From positions 870,001 through 902,000 of the forward strand of contig NC_005070.1 of assembly GCF_000195975.1 (NCBI RefSeq): DNA of 32,000 nt, written 5' to 3'. This DNA is from Parasynechococcus marenigrum WH 8102. GTDB taxonomy: Bacteria > Cyanobacteriota > Cyanobacteriia > PCC-6307 > Cyanobiaceae. Within the stretch, counting starts at the first letter, position 1, and the number at the start of each line of letters is the position of its first letter. Shown here one piece after another: positions 8,775-17,657 of the stretch. The translations under genes were made by a program, and so were the position numbers. The notes under the pieces are model-generated. The model was not told where the DNA came from, did no database searches, and saw nothing but the letters and a program-made list of their open reading frames with translations.

Positions 8775-10324
8775 GCAGCAGCTGGTCTCCGGCCTTTGCC
8801 ACAGCGGTTCACGCTGCCCTGGTGCGCCGCTGTCCGCCGGCTGAAGGGGGAGCTGCTCTGGCTGAGCTCAGCCAGGCCCTGGTGGATGCGCTGGAGCGGG
8901 GTGAGCTGGATCTGCCGCTCACGCCGGACCGGGCTGCGGTGGTTCAAGCCAGTGGCTGGTTGGAGGGGGACGACTCGCCGCTGCTGCAACGGGGCGAGCG
9001 GATCGGCTGGCGGCGCTGGCTGGAAGCCATGGAGGGGGTGGTGGAGCAGCTGCTGGAGCGACAGCCGCCATCCCTGCCTACCCCTCAGGAGGCCCCAGAG
9101 CTCCCGAGCACGCTCAATCCCGAGCAACAGGCTGCGGTGTTGGCCATGGATGGTGCCGCCGTGGTGCTGCTCAGCGGTGGCCCGGGCACGGGCAAGACCA
9201 GCACGGTGGTGGAGCTGTTGCGGCGGGCGAGCCAGCGCCATCCCACATTGCGTATTGGGCTGGCGGCACCCACCGGTAAAGCAGCGCGTCGGTTGGGGGA
9301 TGCGGTGCGGCCTGGGTTGAACGAGCTGCCCTGTTTCACCCTGCATCGCTGGCTGGAGGCCGCCGGGGATGGGTTCCGTCGCCATCGTCAGCGACCGCTG
9401 GAGCTTGATCTGCTGGTGGTTGATGAGATGTCGATGGTGGATCTGGAGTTGATGAGCGCCCTGCTGGAGGCGTTGCCGGATGCGTGCCGGCTGTTGTTGG
9501 TCGGTGACCCGGCGCAGTTGCCTCCGGTGGGGAGTGGTGCGGTCTGGCAACGGTTGCAGGATCCCGCCGTGCGTGAGCGCTTTGGTTCTGCAGCAGTTCA
9601 TCTGTTGCACACCTACCGCAACCGCGGTGCTCTGGCGGCGTTGGCCACGACCCTGCGTCAGCAGGGGATCGAAGCGTTCAGGCGGGATCTGGAGCAGCTG
9701 CCGGCAACGGCCAACGTTCAGCACCAGCGGGCCAGTCTGCGGCGGCTGCCGCCATCGGTGCGGGATGGCTGGCGGGATCGCCATCAGCGCCTCTCAGCCC
9801 TGGCGACGGGGTTGGTGGAGATGCCGGAGTCTGAGCTGAACGACGCAGCGGGTCAGTTGCTGCTGGAACTGGAGAACGATTTGGTGCTCTGCCCTCGCCG
9901 GCGTGGACCCTGGAGCCTTGAGGACGTGCACCGATCGCTTTTGGGTGGAGGGGGCTGGATGGAACCGTTGCACTGGCCGGAGGGGGTACCGGTGATCTGT
10001 GGTAGCAATCAGCCGGAGGTGGGGCTCGCCAATGGTGATCTCGGCGTCAAGCTGGGATCCGGCGAGCAGAGTCGGGTGCTGTTCCGCGTGATGGCAGCGG
10101 ATGGGCAGCCGCAGATCCGCCGGCTGCATCCAGCTCGGTTGACGTCCCTGGAGCCGGCTCTGGCGCTCACCATTCATCGGGCCCAGGGCAGCGAGGCTGA
10201 CCGGGTCACCGTGCTGTGGCCACCGCTGCAGGAGGACAACATCGCGTACGACAGCTGTCTTCTGTACACAGCCATCACGCGGGCCCGTGGCAGCCTGGAT
10301 CTGATTACTGCTGTCGATCGCTGA
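8771..10324 (+). CDS. recD: Exodeoxyribonuclease V alpha subunit RecD
   Basis: ATG 8771 overlaps the recB stop (ATGA). SF1 helicase motifs are present: LLSGGPGTGKTSTV, LLVVDEMSMVD, LLLVGDPAQLPPVG and a C-terminal LYTAITRAR. The upstream in-frame extension to 8591 lies inside recB and is Arg/Ala-rich junk. Confidence 0.9.
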   Translation: MSSSWSPAFATAVHAALVRRCPPAEGGAALAELSQALVDALERGELDLPLTPDRAAVVQASGWLEGDDSPLLQRGERIGWRRWLEAMEGVVEQLLERQPPSLPTPQEAPELPSTLNPEQQAAVLAMDGAAVVLLSGGPGTGKTSTVVELLRRASQRHPTLRIGLAAPTGKAARRLGDAVRPGLNELPCFTLHRWLEAAGDGFRRHRQRPLELDLLVVDEMSMVDLELMSALLEALPDACRLLLVGDPAQLPPVGSGAVWQRLQDPAVRERFGSAAVHLLHTYRNRGALAALATTLRQQGIEAFRRDLEQLPATANVQHQRASLRRLPPSVRDGWRDRHQRLSALATGLVEMPESELNDAAGQLLLELENDLVLCPRRRGPWSLEDVHRSLLGGGGWMEPLHWPEGVPVICGSNQPEVGLANGDLGVKLGSGEQSRVLFRVMAADGQPQIRRLHPARLTSLEPALALTIHRAQGSEADRVTVLWPPLQEDNIAYDSCLLYTAITRARGSLDLITAVDR

Positions 10325-10665
10325 TGCGGGTTGAACGGCCCTGGGGCTGGTACGAAGACCTCCTGGCCGCTCCCGGTTACAAGGTGAAGCGACTGCTGAT
10401 TCGCCGTGGTCGGCAACTGTCACTTCAGCGTCACCGCCACCGCAGTGAGAGCTGGACGGTGGTGGCCGGAGATGGTGCGCTGCTGTGTGGTGAATGCTGG
10501 CTGGAGGCCAATGCCGGCGTGATGCTCACCATTCCCTGTGGTGCACTCCATCGCGCCCGCAGTGACCAATCTGACCTGGTCATCCTCGAGGTCCAACACG
10601 GCAATGATTTGCGGGAGGACGACATCGAACGCCTGCAGGATGATTACGGCCGGGTGATAAGTTAA
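10324..10665 (+). CDS. Stand-alone cupin, mannose-6-phosphate isomerase type II C-terminal domain family
   Basis: The sequence RPWGWYEDL...VKRLLIRRGRQLSLQRHRHRSESWTVVAG...IPCGALHRA...LEVQHGNDLREDDIERLQDDYGR matches the ManC C-terminal cupin pattern. ATG 10324 overlaps the recD TGA (TGATG). Confidence 0.8.
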   Translation: MRVERPWGWYEDLLAAPGYKVKRLLIRRGRQLSLQRHRHRSESWTVVAGDGALLCGECWLEANAGVMLTIPCGALHRARSDQSDLVILEVQHGNDLREDDIERLQDDYGRVIS

Positions 10666-10770
10666 TATTCAACCTTTGAAGCGTAGGCAACACAACCAGA
10701 GAGCGATTTCTCAGTCGCCGGGAGGTTGTGAGCCTGATTTCAGAGATCAATCAGGCCAGGGCCTACCACC

Positions 10771-12567
10771 ATGAATGACCAACAGCTCGGGGAGACCCCG
10801 TGCGCCGTCGATCTGTCCGCATCTTCGCTGCCTGAGCAGGCCACTTCAGAGCAGGGTTCTGCAGACGTCTTCACCACAACGATCGACGCCCAGCAACCGG
10901 AATCGGGTTTCGATGGTTTCGGATTCAGTGAGGCATTGCTGAAGACGCTGGCGGATAAGGGGTACAGCGAGCCTTCACCGATTCAGAAGGCGGCCTTCCC
11001 TGAATTGATGCTGGGGCGTGACCTGGTGGGCCAGGCCCAGACCGGTACCGGAAAAACGGCGGCCTTCGCGTTGCCATTGCTCGAACGGCTCGCCAGTGGC
11101 CAGAAAACTCCGCAGGCCCTCGTGCTGGCACCCACCCGCGAACTGGCCATGCAGGTGGCTGATTCGTTCAAGGCCTATTCCGCTGGGCATCCGCATCTGA
11201 AGGTGCTGGCGGTTTACGGGGGCACCGACTTCCGTTCTCAGATCAACACCCTGCGCCGTGGCGTGGACGTTGTGGTGGGGACACCGGGCCGGGTGATGGA
11301 TCACATGCGGCAGGGCACCTTGGACACCTCCGGCCTACGCAGCCTGGTGCTGGATGAGGCCGACGAAATGCTGCGGATGGGCTTCATCGACGATGTCGAG
11401 TGGATCCTGGAGCAACTGCCGCAGGAACGGCAGGTGGTGCTGTTCTCCGCGACCATGCCACCGGAGATCCGTCGCCTGTCGAAGCGCTATCTGAAGGATC
11501 CAGCCGAGGTCACGATCCGCACCAAGGATCAGGAAGGCAAACGGATTCGCCAGCGTTCGATCACCGTGCCGATGCCCCACAAGCTGGAGGCTCTGCAGCG
11601 GGTGCTCGATGCCTGCGGTGGTGAAGGAGTCATTATTTTTGCCCGCACCAAGGCCATCACCCTCACCGTGGCCGAGACGCTTGAGGCGGGCGGGCATCAG
11701 GTGGCCGTGCTCAACGGTGATGTGCCGCAGAACCAGCGGGAGCGGACGGTGGAACGGCTGCGCAGTGGTTCCGTCGACATCCTTGTGGCCACCGATGTGG
11801 CCGCTCGGGGCCTGGATGTTGATCGCATCGGGTTGGTGATCAACTACGACATGCCGTTCGACAGCGAGGCCTACGTCCACCGCATCGGTCGTACCGGCCG
11901 GGCCGGTCGCACGGGGGAGGCCGTGCTGTTTGTCACCCCGCGCGAGCGTCGCTTCATCAACAACCTTGAGCGGGCAACAGGCCAGCCGATCGAGGCGATG
12001 GAGGTGCCAGGCAACTCCGCGATTAACCAGGGTCGACTCGATCGTTTGCACAAACGCCTCAGCGAAGCAGCCCACAACGAGCGGTCCTATGAGGAAGAAG
12101 CGGCGCTGCTGAAAGAGCTGTTGCAACGCATCGGCACGGAACTGGAGCTCAGCCCTGAGCAACTGGCCTACGCCGCCCTCAGCATGGCCATCGGCCCAGA
12201 CCCTTTGCTGCGCCAGAAGGGCGACGACGAGTGGATTCACAACAACCAGCGCCGCGATCGTGATCGTGACCGTGATCGGGGCGGCGAACGGAGAGAGCGC
12301 CGCTCCGATCGTCCGGCCCGTGCCCCGGAGGAGAACATGCAGCGCTACCGCGTCGAGGTTGGGCACCGTGATCGGGTCAAGCCCGGAAACCTTGTCGGGG
12401 CCATCGCCGGAGAAACCGGTCTGCAGGGCCGTGCGATCGGCCGGATTCAGATTTTCGACAACCACAGCTTTGTGGATCTGCCTAAAGGCATGCCGGAGGA
12501 TGTCTTTAACAGCTTGCGGCGGCTTCGGGTGATGAACCGGGAGCTACAGATCACTCAGGCGTCGTGA
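10771..12567 (+). CDS. DEAD-box ATP-dependent RNA helicase (DeaD/CsdA type with DbpA-like C-terminal RNA-binding domain)
   Basis: Motifs present: Q motif (PSPIQKAAFP), AQTGTGKT, PTRELA, DEAD (VLDEADEML), SAT, ARGLDV, HRIGRTGRAG. An RDRDRDRDRGGERRERR linker precedes a C-terminal YRVEVGHRDRVKPGNLVGAIAGE domain. Confidence 0.92.
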   Translation: MNDQQLGETPCAVDLSASSLPEQATSEQGSADVFTTTIDAQQPESGFDGFGFSEALLKTLADKGYSEPSPIQKAAFPELMLGRDLVGQAQTGTGKTAAFALPLLERLASGQKTPQALVLAPTRELAMQVADSFKAYSAGHPHLKVLAVYGGTDFRSQINTLRRGVDVVVGTPGRVMDHMRQGTLDTSGLRSLVLDEADEMLRMGFIDDVEWILEQLPQERQVVLFSATMPPEIRRLSKRYLKDPAEVTIRTKDQEGKRIRQRSITVPMPHKLEALQRVLDACGGEGVIIFARTKAITLTVAETLEAGGHQVAVLNGDVPQNQRERTVERLRSGSVDILVATDVAARGLDVDRIGLVINYDMPFDSEAYVHRIGRTGRAGRTGEAVLFVTPRERRFINNLERATGQPIEAMEVPGNSAINQGRLDRLHKRLSEAAHNERSYEEEAALLKELLQRIGTELELSPEQLAYAALSMAIGPDPLLRQKGDDEWIHNNQRRDRDRDRDRGGERRERRSDRPARAPEENMQRYRVEVGHRDRVKPGNLVGAIAGETGLQGRAIGRIQIFDNHSFVDLPKGMPEDVFNSLRRLRVMNRELQITQAS

Positions 12568-12821
12568 TCGCCGCCGTTGTCCTTGCCGTGATCATCTCGG
12601 TGGCAACTGCCCCGGCCGCGGCTGAAGAGAACACCATCCGCCGCTTCTGCATGGCTGCCTTTGAGGCAGCCATGGCCAATGCTGGGTTGACCCCCCCTGA
12701 GGGGATGGGCACGTTCACCTGCGATTGTTTTCTCGAACAGGTGTCCCAAGGTGCGGATTTGAACGAGGCCCGTGAGACTTGTAAAACAGAGGCAGCCCAG
12801 CGCTTCCCGCTCGACTCCTGA
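12564..12821 (+). CDS. Small putative secreted Cys-containing protein (85 aa)
   Basis: The GTG start overlaps the helicase stop (GTGA). The N-terminal signal-like segment is IAAVVLAVIISVATAPAAA-EEN. The mature part carries four Cys. The codon bias looks coding. I recognise no family. Confidence 0.5.
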   Translation: MIAAVVLAVIISVATAPAAAEENTIRRFCMAAFEAAMANAGLTPPEGMGTFTCDCFLEQVSQGADLNEARETCKTEAAQRFPLDS

Positions 12822-13010
12822 TCAGCAGACGCTCACATCGGGCGTCAGCATCTCCAGATCCATTGGGGTTCGCTCCATCAGGGCAATGAGCTCCATTTGA
12901 ACCTCAGGGAGGCTGCTGGCCATCAGCGTTGTCAGCAGAGCGCAGCGATCGGTTGAACAGAGCTCACCGTCGTCCGTCCAGTGCAGTGCTTGCAGATGCA
13001 GTCCATCCAT
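12822..13010 (-). CDS. Hypothetical small acidic protein (62 aa)
   Basis: This is an ATG-initiated ORF with acceptable G/C third positions. It converges on the previous ORF with zero spacing (TGATCA). I recognise no family, and the region could instead be part of the rbp upstream region. Confidence 0.3.
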   Translation of the reverse strand: MDGLHLQALHWTDDGELCSTDRCALLTTLMASSLPEVQMELIALMERTPMDLEMLTPDVSVC

Positions 13011-13207
13011 ACCCCTCCTTGTGTTGTGATCTCATGACAATGGGCTGGCTCAGTGGTCCGCCGTGAACTCTTTCGGTTTCCTTCCGCTTCCTGTGTTGTT
13101 TCGTGCGACTCCCCTGTAACGTCATCACGTTCAGGCTTGACCCCCGGCTTTCTCCGAGCTTCGGAACCGGTTCATGCACCCGAGCACATCCAACGGTTCC
13201 ACGCTCC

Positions 13208-13498
13208 ATGACCATCTACATCGGCAATCTCTCGTTCCAGGCGGAGCAGGAGCATCTGTTCGATCTCTTCAGTGAATACGGCGAAGTCAAGAACTGCAGC
13301 CTGCCCCTGGATCGAGAGACCGGACGCAAGCGCGGCTTCGCGTTTGTCGAGATGGTCAACGACGAAGACGAACAGAAAGCCATCGACGACCTTCAAGAGG
13401 TTGAGTGGATGGGCCGCATGATCCGCGTCAGCAAGGCCACGCCTCGTGAGCGTTCAGGCGGACCTCGCGGTGGCGGTGGCGGCGGTTATCGCGGCTGA
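13208..13498 (+). CDS. rbp: RRM-type RNA-binding protein with glycine-rich tail (cyanobacterial Rbp)
   Basis: RNP2 (IYIGNLSF) and RNP1 (KRGFAFVEM) are present, with a C-terminal GGPRGGGGGGYRG. ATG 13208 gives the typical MTIYIGNL N-terminus. The ORF-track extension to 13103 is not RRM-like. Confidence 0.9.
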   Translation: MTIYIGNLSFQAEQEHLFDLFSEYGEVKNCSLPLDRETGRKRGFAFVEMVNDEDEQKAIDDLQEVEWMGRMIRVSKATPRERSGGPRGGGGGGYRG

Positions 13499-13544
13499 GA
13501 GAACTTCAGAGCAGCGTTCCGACACGCTCAAGATCGATCTCCGG

Positions 13545-13588
13545 CAGGGGTCAGCGATGTGTGCTGATCCCTGTTGTTTTGTTTGTTG
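13545..13588 (+). terminator. Rho-independent terminator of rbp
   Basis: An 11-bp stem, CAGGGGTCAGC (13545-13555) with GCTGATCCCTG (13563-13573), contains one G-T wobble. The loop is 7 nt and the stem is followed by TTGTTTTGTTTGTTG. Confidence 0.7.
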
Positions 13589-13624
13589 TGATCCCGTTAT
13601 CAGCCCTTCAGGAGCTTCAGAACC

Positions 13625-15421
13625 GTGACGGATCGAGCCATCAGCACAAGGTCTTTGCCCCTGGTTCGGTTGCTGCGTCATCTGGCGCCCCAGCGCCGTC
13701 TTGTGATCACGGCGGTGATCTGTTCGCTGCTCAACAAGCTCTTTGACCTCGCTCCTCCGGCCTTGATCGGCTTGGCCGTGGATGTGGTGGTGCGTGGTCA
13801 GCAGTCCCTGCTGGCGAGCTTCGGCATCCAGAGCGTCTCCCAACAGCTGTGGGTGCTGGCGCTGCTCACCTTTGTGATCTGGGCGGCGGAGTCCCTGTTC
13901 GAGTACTTGTACGACGTTCTCTGGCGCAACCTGGCCCAGACAACCCAGCATCGCCTGCGGCTTGAGGCCTACGACCACCTCCAACGGCTGGAGCTGGCTT
14001 TTTTCGAGCAGGACAGCAGCGGCCGCCTGATGGCGGTGCTGAACGATGACATCAACCAGCTGGAACGCTTTCTCGATCGTGGCGCCAACCAGATCCTGCA
14101 ACTGATCACCACGGTGCTGATCGTGGGCATCGGCATGGCCGTGGTGGCTCCTGAGGTGGCCCTGTTCGCCTATCTGCCGATCCCCGTCATTCTGCTGGGG
14201 TCGCTGCGGTTTCAACGGCAACTGGCCCCCCGTTATCGCGAGGTGCGAGCCCGCGCCGGTGACCTTGCCTCCCGCCTGGCCAACAACCTCGGTGGCATGC
14301 TCACGATCAAGAGCTTCACCGCCGAGCCGTTGGAAGCGCAACGGCTTGAAGCGGAAAGCCTTGCCTATTTGGAGAGCAACGGCCGGGCGATCCGCCTGTC
14401 GGCGGCCTTCATTCCCCTAATCCGTTTTGCCATTCTCTTCGCCTTCGTGGCCATCCTGCTGGTAGGTGGTTTCCAGGCTCTGAGTGGTCAGTTGGCGGTG
14501 GGCACCTACAGCGTTCTGGTGTTCATCACCCAGCGGCTGCTGTGGCCGCTCACGGCCCTCGGCCGCACGCTTGATGAGTACCAGCGGTCCATGGCCTCCA
14601 CCCAGCGGGTGTTGGATCTGATCGACACCCCAGTCACGATCCGCAGCGGCCAGACCCCGCTGGACCGACGGCTGGTGCGAGGAGAGATTCGCTTTGAGCA
14701 GGTGGATTTCGCTTACCCGGGGCGGGCTTCTCTGCTGCAGGGCTTCGATCTGGTGGTGCCGTCCGGGGCAACGGTCGGCATCGTCGGATCCACCGGCTCC
14801 GGCAAGAGCACCGTGGTGAAACTGCTGCTGCGCCTCTATGAGCGTCAGGGGGGGCGAATCCTTCTGGACGGTCGTCCGATCGAACAGCTGCAGCTTCCTG
14901 ATCTGCGGGGTGCGATCGCGCTGGTGAGCCAGGACGTCTACCTCTTCCACGGCACGGTGGCTGAGAACATCGCCTATAGCGTTGCCAACCCTGATCCTTT
15001 GGCTATCGAGCAGGCCGCCCGTCTGGCGGAGGCCGCTGGTTTCATCGAAGCGCTGCCGGATCGCTACGACACCCTCGTTGGCGAGCGTGGCCAACGCCTT
15101 TCCGGTGGCCAGCGTCAGCGCATCGCTCTGGCCCGGGCGATCCTCAAGGATGCCCCGGTGCTGGTGCTGGATGAGGCCACGGCCGCCGTTGACAACGACA
15201 CCGAAGCGGCGATTCAGCGCTCACTGGACCAGATCACCCGCAACCGCACCACCGTGGTGATCGCCCATCGCCTGAGCACGGTGCGCCACGCTGATCGGAT
15301 TGTGGTGATGGAGCAGGGACGGATCGTGGAACAGGGCCGCCATGACCAGCTGCTGGCCCACGGTGGCGTTTACGCCAATCTCTGGCAGGTGCAGGCCGGC
15401 GAACGGCTTATCGCTTCCTGA
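13625..15421 (+). CDS. ABC exporter, fused permease/ATPase (MsbA/MdlB-like)
   Basis: A six-helix-type N-terminal half is followed by Walker A (GSTGSGKST), the signature [14 protein letters not shown] and Walker B ([12 protein letters not shown]). The start is GTG. There is no N-terminal C39 peptidase domain. Confidence 0.9.
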   Translation: MTDRAISTRSLPLVRLLRHLAPQRRLVITAVICSLLNKLFDLAPPALIGLAVDVVVRGQQSLLASFGIQSVSQQLWVLALLTFVIWAAESLFEYLYDVLWRNLAQTTQHRLRLEAYDHLQRLELAFFEQDSSGRLMAVLNDDINQLERFLDRGANQILQLITTVLIVGIGMAVVAPEVALFAYLPIPVILLGSLRFQRQLAPRYREVRARAGDLASRLANNLGGMLTIKSFTAEPLEAQRLEAESLAYLESNGRAIRLSAAFIPLIRFAILFAFVAILLVGGFQALSGQLAVGTYSVLVFITQRLLWPLTALGRTLDEYQRSMASTQRVLDLIDTPVTIRSGQTPLDRRLVRGEIRFEQVDFAYPGRASLLQGFDLVVPSGATVGIVGSTGSGKSTVVKLLLRLYERQGGRILLDGRPIEQLQLPDLRGAIALVSQDVYLFHGTVAENIAYSVANPDPLAIEQAARLAEAAGFIEALPDRYDTLVGERGQRLSGGQRQRIALARAILKDAPVLVLDEATAAVDNDTEAAIQRSLDQITRNRTTVVIAHRLSTVRHADRIVVMEQGRIVEQGRHDQLLAHGGVYANLWQVQAGERLIAS

Positions 15422-15453
15422 AGCAGGCGTTGTAGGAGGCGCATCGGCTGACC

Positions 15454-17583
15454 ATGCTGGGGTCGCCAATCGGCCCGACTGTCATGGCCATGCAGGCCTC
15501 CATCGGCCAGGTGATGCATCACCCCCTCGGCGTGTTTTCGCTGCTGGTGGCGATCAGTGCGGCGGTGCCGCCCCTCATCCGCCGGATCGGTTTGCCGGAC
15601 CTGGTGGGGTTGCTGGTTGCGGGCGTCGTGGTGGGACCACACGCCCTCAACTGGGTGGACAGCGGCAGCGAAACAGTGCGGTTGCTCTCCGATCTGGGGG
15701 CGGTGTACCTGCTGTTCACCATGGGGCTGGAAATTGATCTGGAGGAGTTCAACCGGGTCAAACGCCGCTCCTTCATCTATGGCCTGTTGATCCTTCTGAT
15801 CGGTGTGGGTACCGGCGTCAGCATCGGCCTGTTGGCCGGGTTCGCCTCCGTCTCCTGCCTGTTGCTGGGGGCCCTGATGGCCACCCACACGCCGCTGGGC
15901 TATCCGATCGTCCGCAGTTACGGCGCTCAGAAGGATGAGTCGGTGGTGGTGAGTGTCGGCAGCACGATCTTCACCGACATCGTGGCGTTGCTGCTGCTGG
16001 CGGTGGGCCTGGGCCTCGGCCAAGGCGATCTCAGCGGAGTTGGCCTGGGCCTGTTGTTGCTGAGGATCGGCCTGTTCGCTGTGCTGGTGGTGGTGGGCAT
16101 CCGCTGGCTGGGGCGACGGCTGGTGCTGCGCGGCATCAATGACGAAAACCGCATGGTGCTGGCGGTGCTGGTGGCGCTGTTCCTGGCGTCCCTGGGGGCC
16201 GAGTTGGCGGGGGTGGAAAAAATTGTCGGTGCCTTCCTGGCCGGCCTCGCCGTGAATTCGGTGCTGCCTGAGGGACGGGTGAAGGAGCAGGTGATTTTCG
16301 TCGGTGGTGTGCTGTTCATCCCGATCTTCTTCATCGATCTGGGTCTGCTGCTTGATGTGGGCAGCCTCGGGGCCAGCCTCAGCAATTACCAGTTCACCGG
16401 TCTGATGCTGGTGGGGGCCATCGGCGGCAAGGGTCTGGCCTCCTGGATCAGCGGCGCATTGTTCGGCTACCGCCGCCCGCAGATCCTGATGATGTGGTCG
16501 CTGACCATGCCCAAGGTGGCGGCGACCCTGGCCACGGCCTTCATCGGCTTCCAGGCGGGGCTGCTCAACCAGACGGTGCTCAACGCGGTGCTGGCGGTGA
16601 TGGTGGTGACGGCCACCCTCGGACCGATCCTGACGGAGCGTTCGGTCACCCGTCTGAACGAGGCGCGTCAGGGCACGCTTCCCGCCAGCTTCGGGGAGGA
16701 GGTTTCCGCTCTGGATGGGGTCAGCGAAGTGGTGCAACGGCCACTACGGATCGTGGTGCCCGTGGCGAATCCCAGCAATGAGCAGGGGCTGATCACCATG
16801 GCCTCAAGATTGCTGCGGGGCTCCGCCGGTGGCGACGGTCTGTTGCTGCCCCTGGCGATGGTGAACCCAAGTTTGGAGGAGGTGCGCGGCGGTCTGAACC
16901 GGGCGGTGGCGGCGGCCCGCTCCCGGCTGAGGGTGGCGGAGTCGATCGGAGCCGATCTGCAGGTGCCCACCCGCACGCTGTTGCGGCTGGATGAGGACGT
17001 GGCCGGTGGCATGAGCCGCACGGCGCTGGAACAGGCAGCGGATCTGCTGCTGATCGGTGCCGGCCGCCAGGACCAGCTGCGGGCCTGGTTGATGGGCGAC
17101 ATCGTGGATGGCGTGTGCAGAACAGCCCACTGCCCTGTTGTGGTGGTGAACCTTGGCCGTCATGCCGATGCGGCAATGCATCGCATCCTGGTGCCGATCA
17201 AGGACCTCTCCGCCAGTGCCCGTGAGCAGGTGGAATTGGCCCTGCGGGTGATCAACAGCGCCCCGGAGAACCAACGCACCCGGATCACGCTGCTGCACGT
17301 GCATGATCCCCGCTTCAGCGGATCGGATCGGCAGTGGATGGAGGAACAGTTGATCCGCTGGCGACCGGCCGGGATCCCCGCTGATCGCTTCCACATCGTG
17401 ATCGTGCGGGGGCCCGGCATAGATGGGTCCATCCATCGCCTCAGCCGCGACCACGACCTGGTGATCCTGCGCACCCAACGCCGGCGTGTCGCCGGACTGC
17501 CAATTCCCGGCAGCGATCGCACCAGCAAGTTGATCAGTCAGTTGCCCTGCGCGTCGATGGTGATCAGCGATCCGCTGGTCTGA
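15454..17583 (+). CDS. CPA2-family cation/proton antiporter fused to C-terminal universal-stress-protein-like domains
   Basis: About 400 aa of polytopic membrane domain carry the Kef/NapA-type motif GLPDLVGLLVAGVVVGPH. The tail has two alpha/beta Usp-like segments (RIVVPVANP... and RILVPIKD...CPVVVV). The start is uncertain; 15484 is an alternative. Confidence 0.82.
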   Translation: MLGSPIGPTVMAMQASIGQVMHHPLGVFSLLVAISAAVPPLIRRIGLPDLVGLLVAGVVVGPHALNWVDSGSETVRLLSDLGAVYLLFTMGLEIDLEEFNRVKRRSFIYGLLILLIGVGTGVSIGLLAGFASVSCLLLGALMATHTPLGYPIVRSYGAQKDESVVVSVGSTIFTDIVALLLLAVGLGLGQGDLSGVGLGLLLLRIGLFAVLVVVGIRWLGRRLVLRGINDENRMVLAVLVALFLASLGAELAGVEKIVGAFLAGLAVNSVLPEGRVKEQVIFVGGVLFIPIFFIDLGLLLDVGSLGASLSNYQFTGLMLVGAIGGKGLASWISGALFGYRRPQILMMWSLTMPKVAATLATAFIGFQAGLLNQTVLNAVLAVMVVTATLGPILTERSVTRLNEARQGTLPASFGEEVSALDGVSEVVQRPLRIVVPVANPSNEQGLITMASRLLRGSAGGDGLLLPLAMVNPSLEEVRGGLNRAVAAARSRLRVAESIGADLQVPTRTLLRLDEDVAGGMSRTALEQAADLLLIGAGRQDQLRAWLMGDIVDGVCRTAHCPVVVVNLGRHADAAMHRILVPIKDLSASAREQVELALRVINSAPENQRTRITLLHVHDPRFSGSDRQWMEEQLIRWRPAGIPADRFHIVIVRGPGIDGSIHRLSRDHDLVILRTQRRRVAGLPIPGSDRTSKLISQLPCASMVISDPLV

Positions 17584-17657
17584 ACTGTTGCGTTGGAGGG
17601 GAACCCCCCGACGGTTGTTCGGTTAAGAACGCGTCAAGACGGGATTAGCGTGACGGA

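Noticed and set aside
12253-12279. A tandem hexanucleotide-like repeat (cgcgatcgtgatcgtgaccgtgatcgg), considered as a possible repeat array or HIP1-like element.
   Set aside because: It is in frame inside the helicase and encodes the RDRDRDRDR low-complexity linker. There are only ~4 imperfect units and no spacers. It is coding low complexity, not a CRISPR or a mobile repeat.
13557-13628. A Cys-rich mini-[26 protein letters not shown], that superficially resembles a RiPP or metallothionein-like peptide.
   Set aside because: The Cys and Phe/Val codons (TGT, TTT, GTT) are simply the T/G-rich tail of the rbp intrinsic terminator read in frame. The ORF spans the hairpin and T tract and runs into the ABC transporter start.
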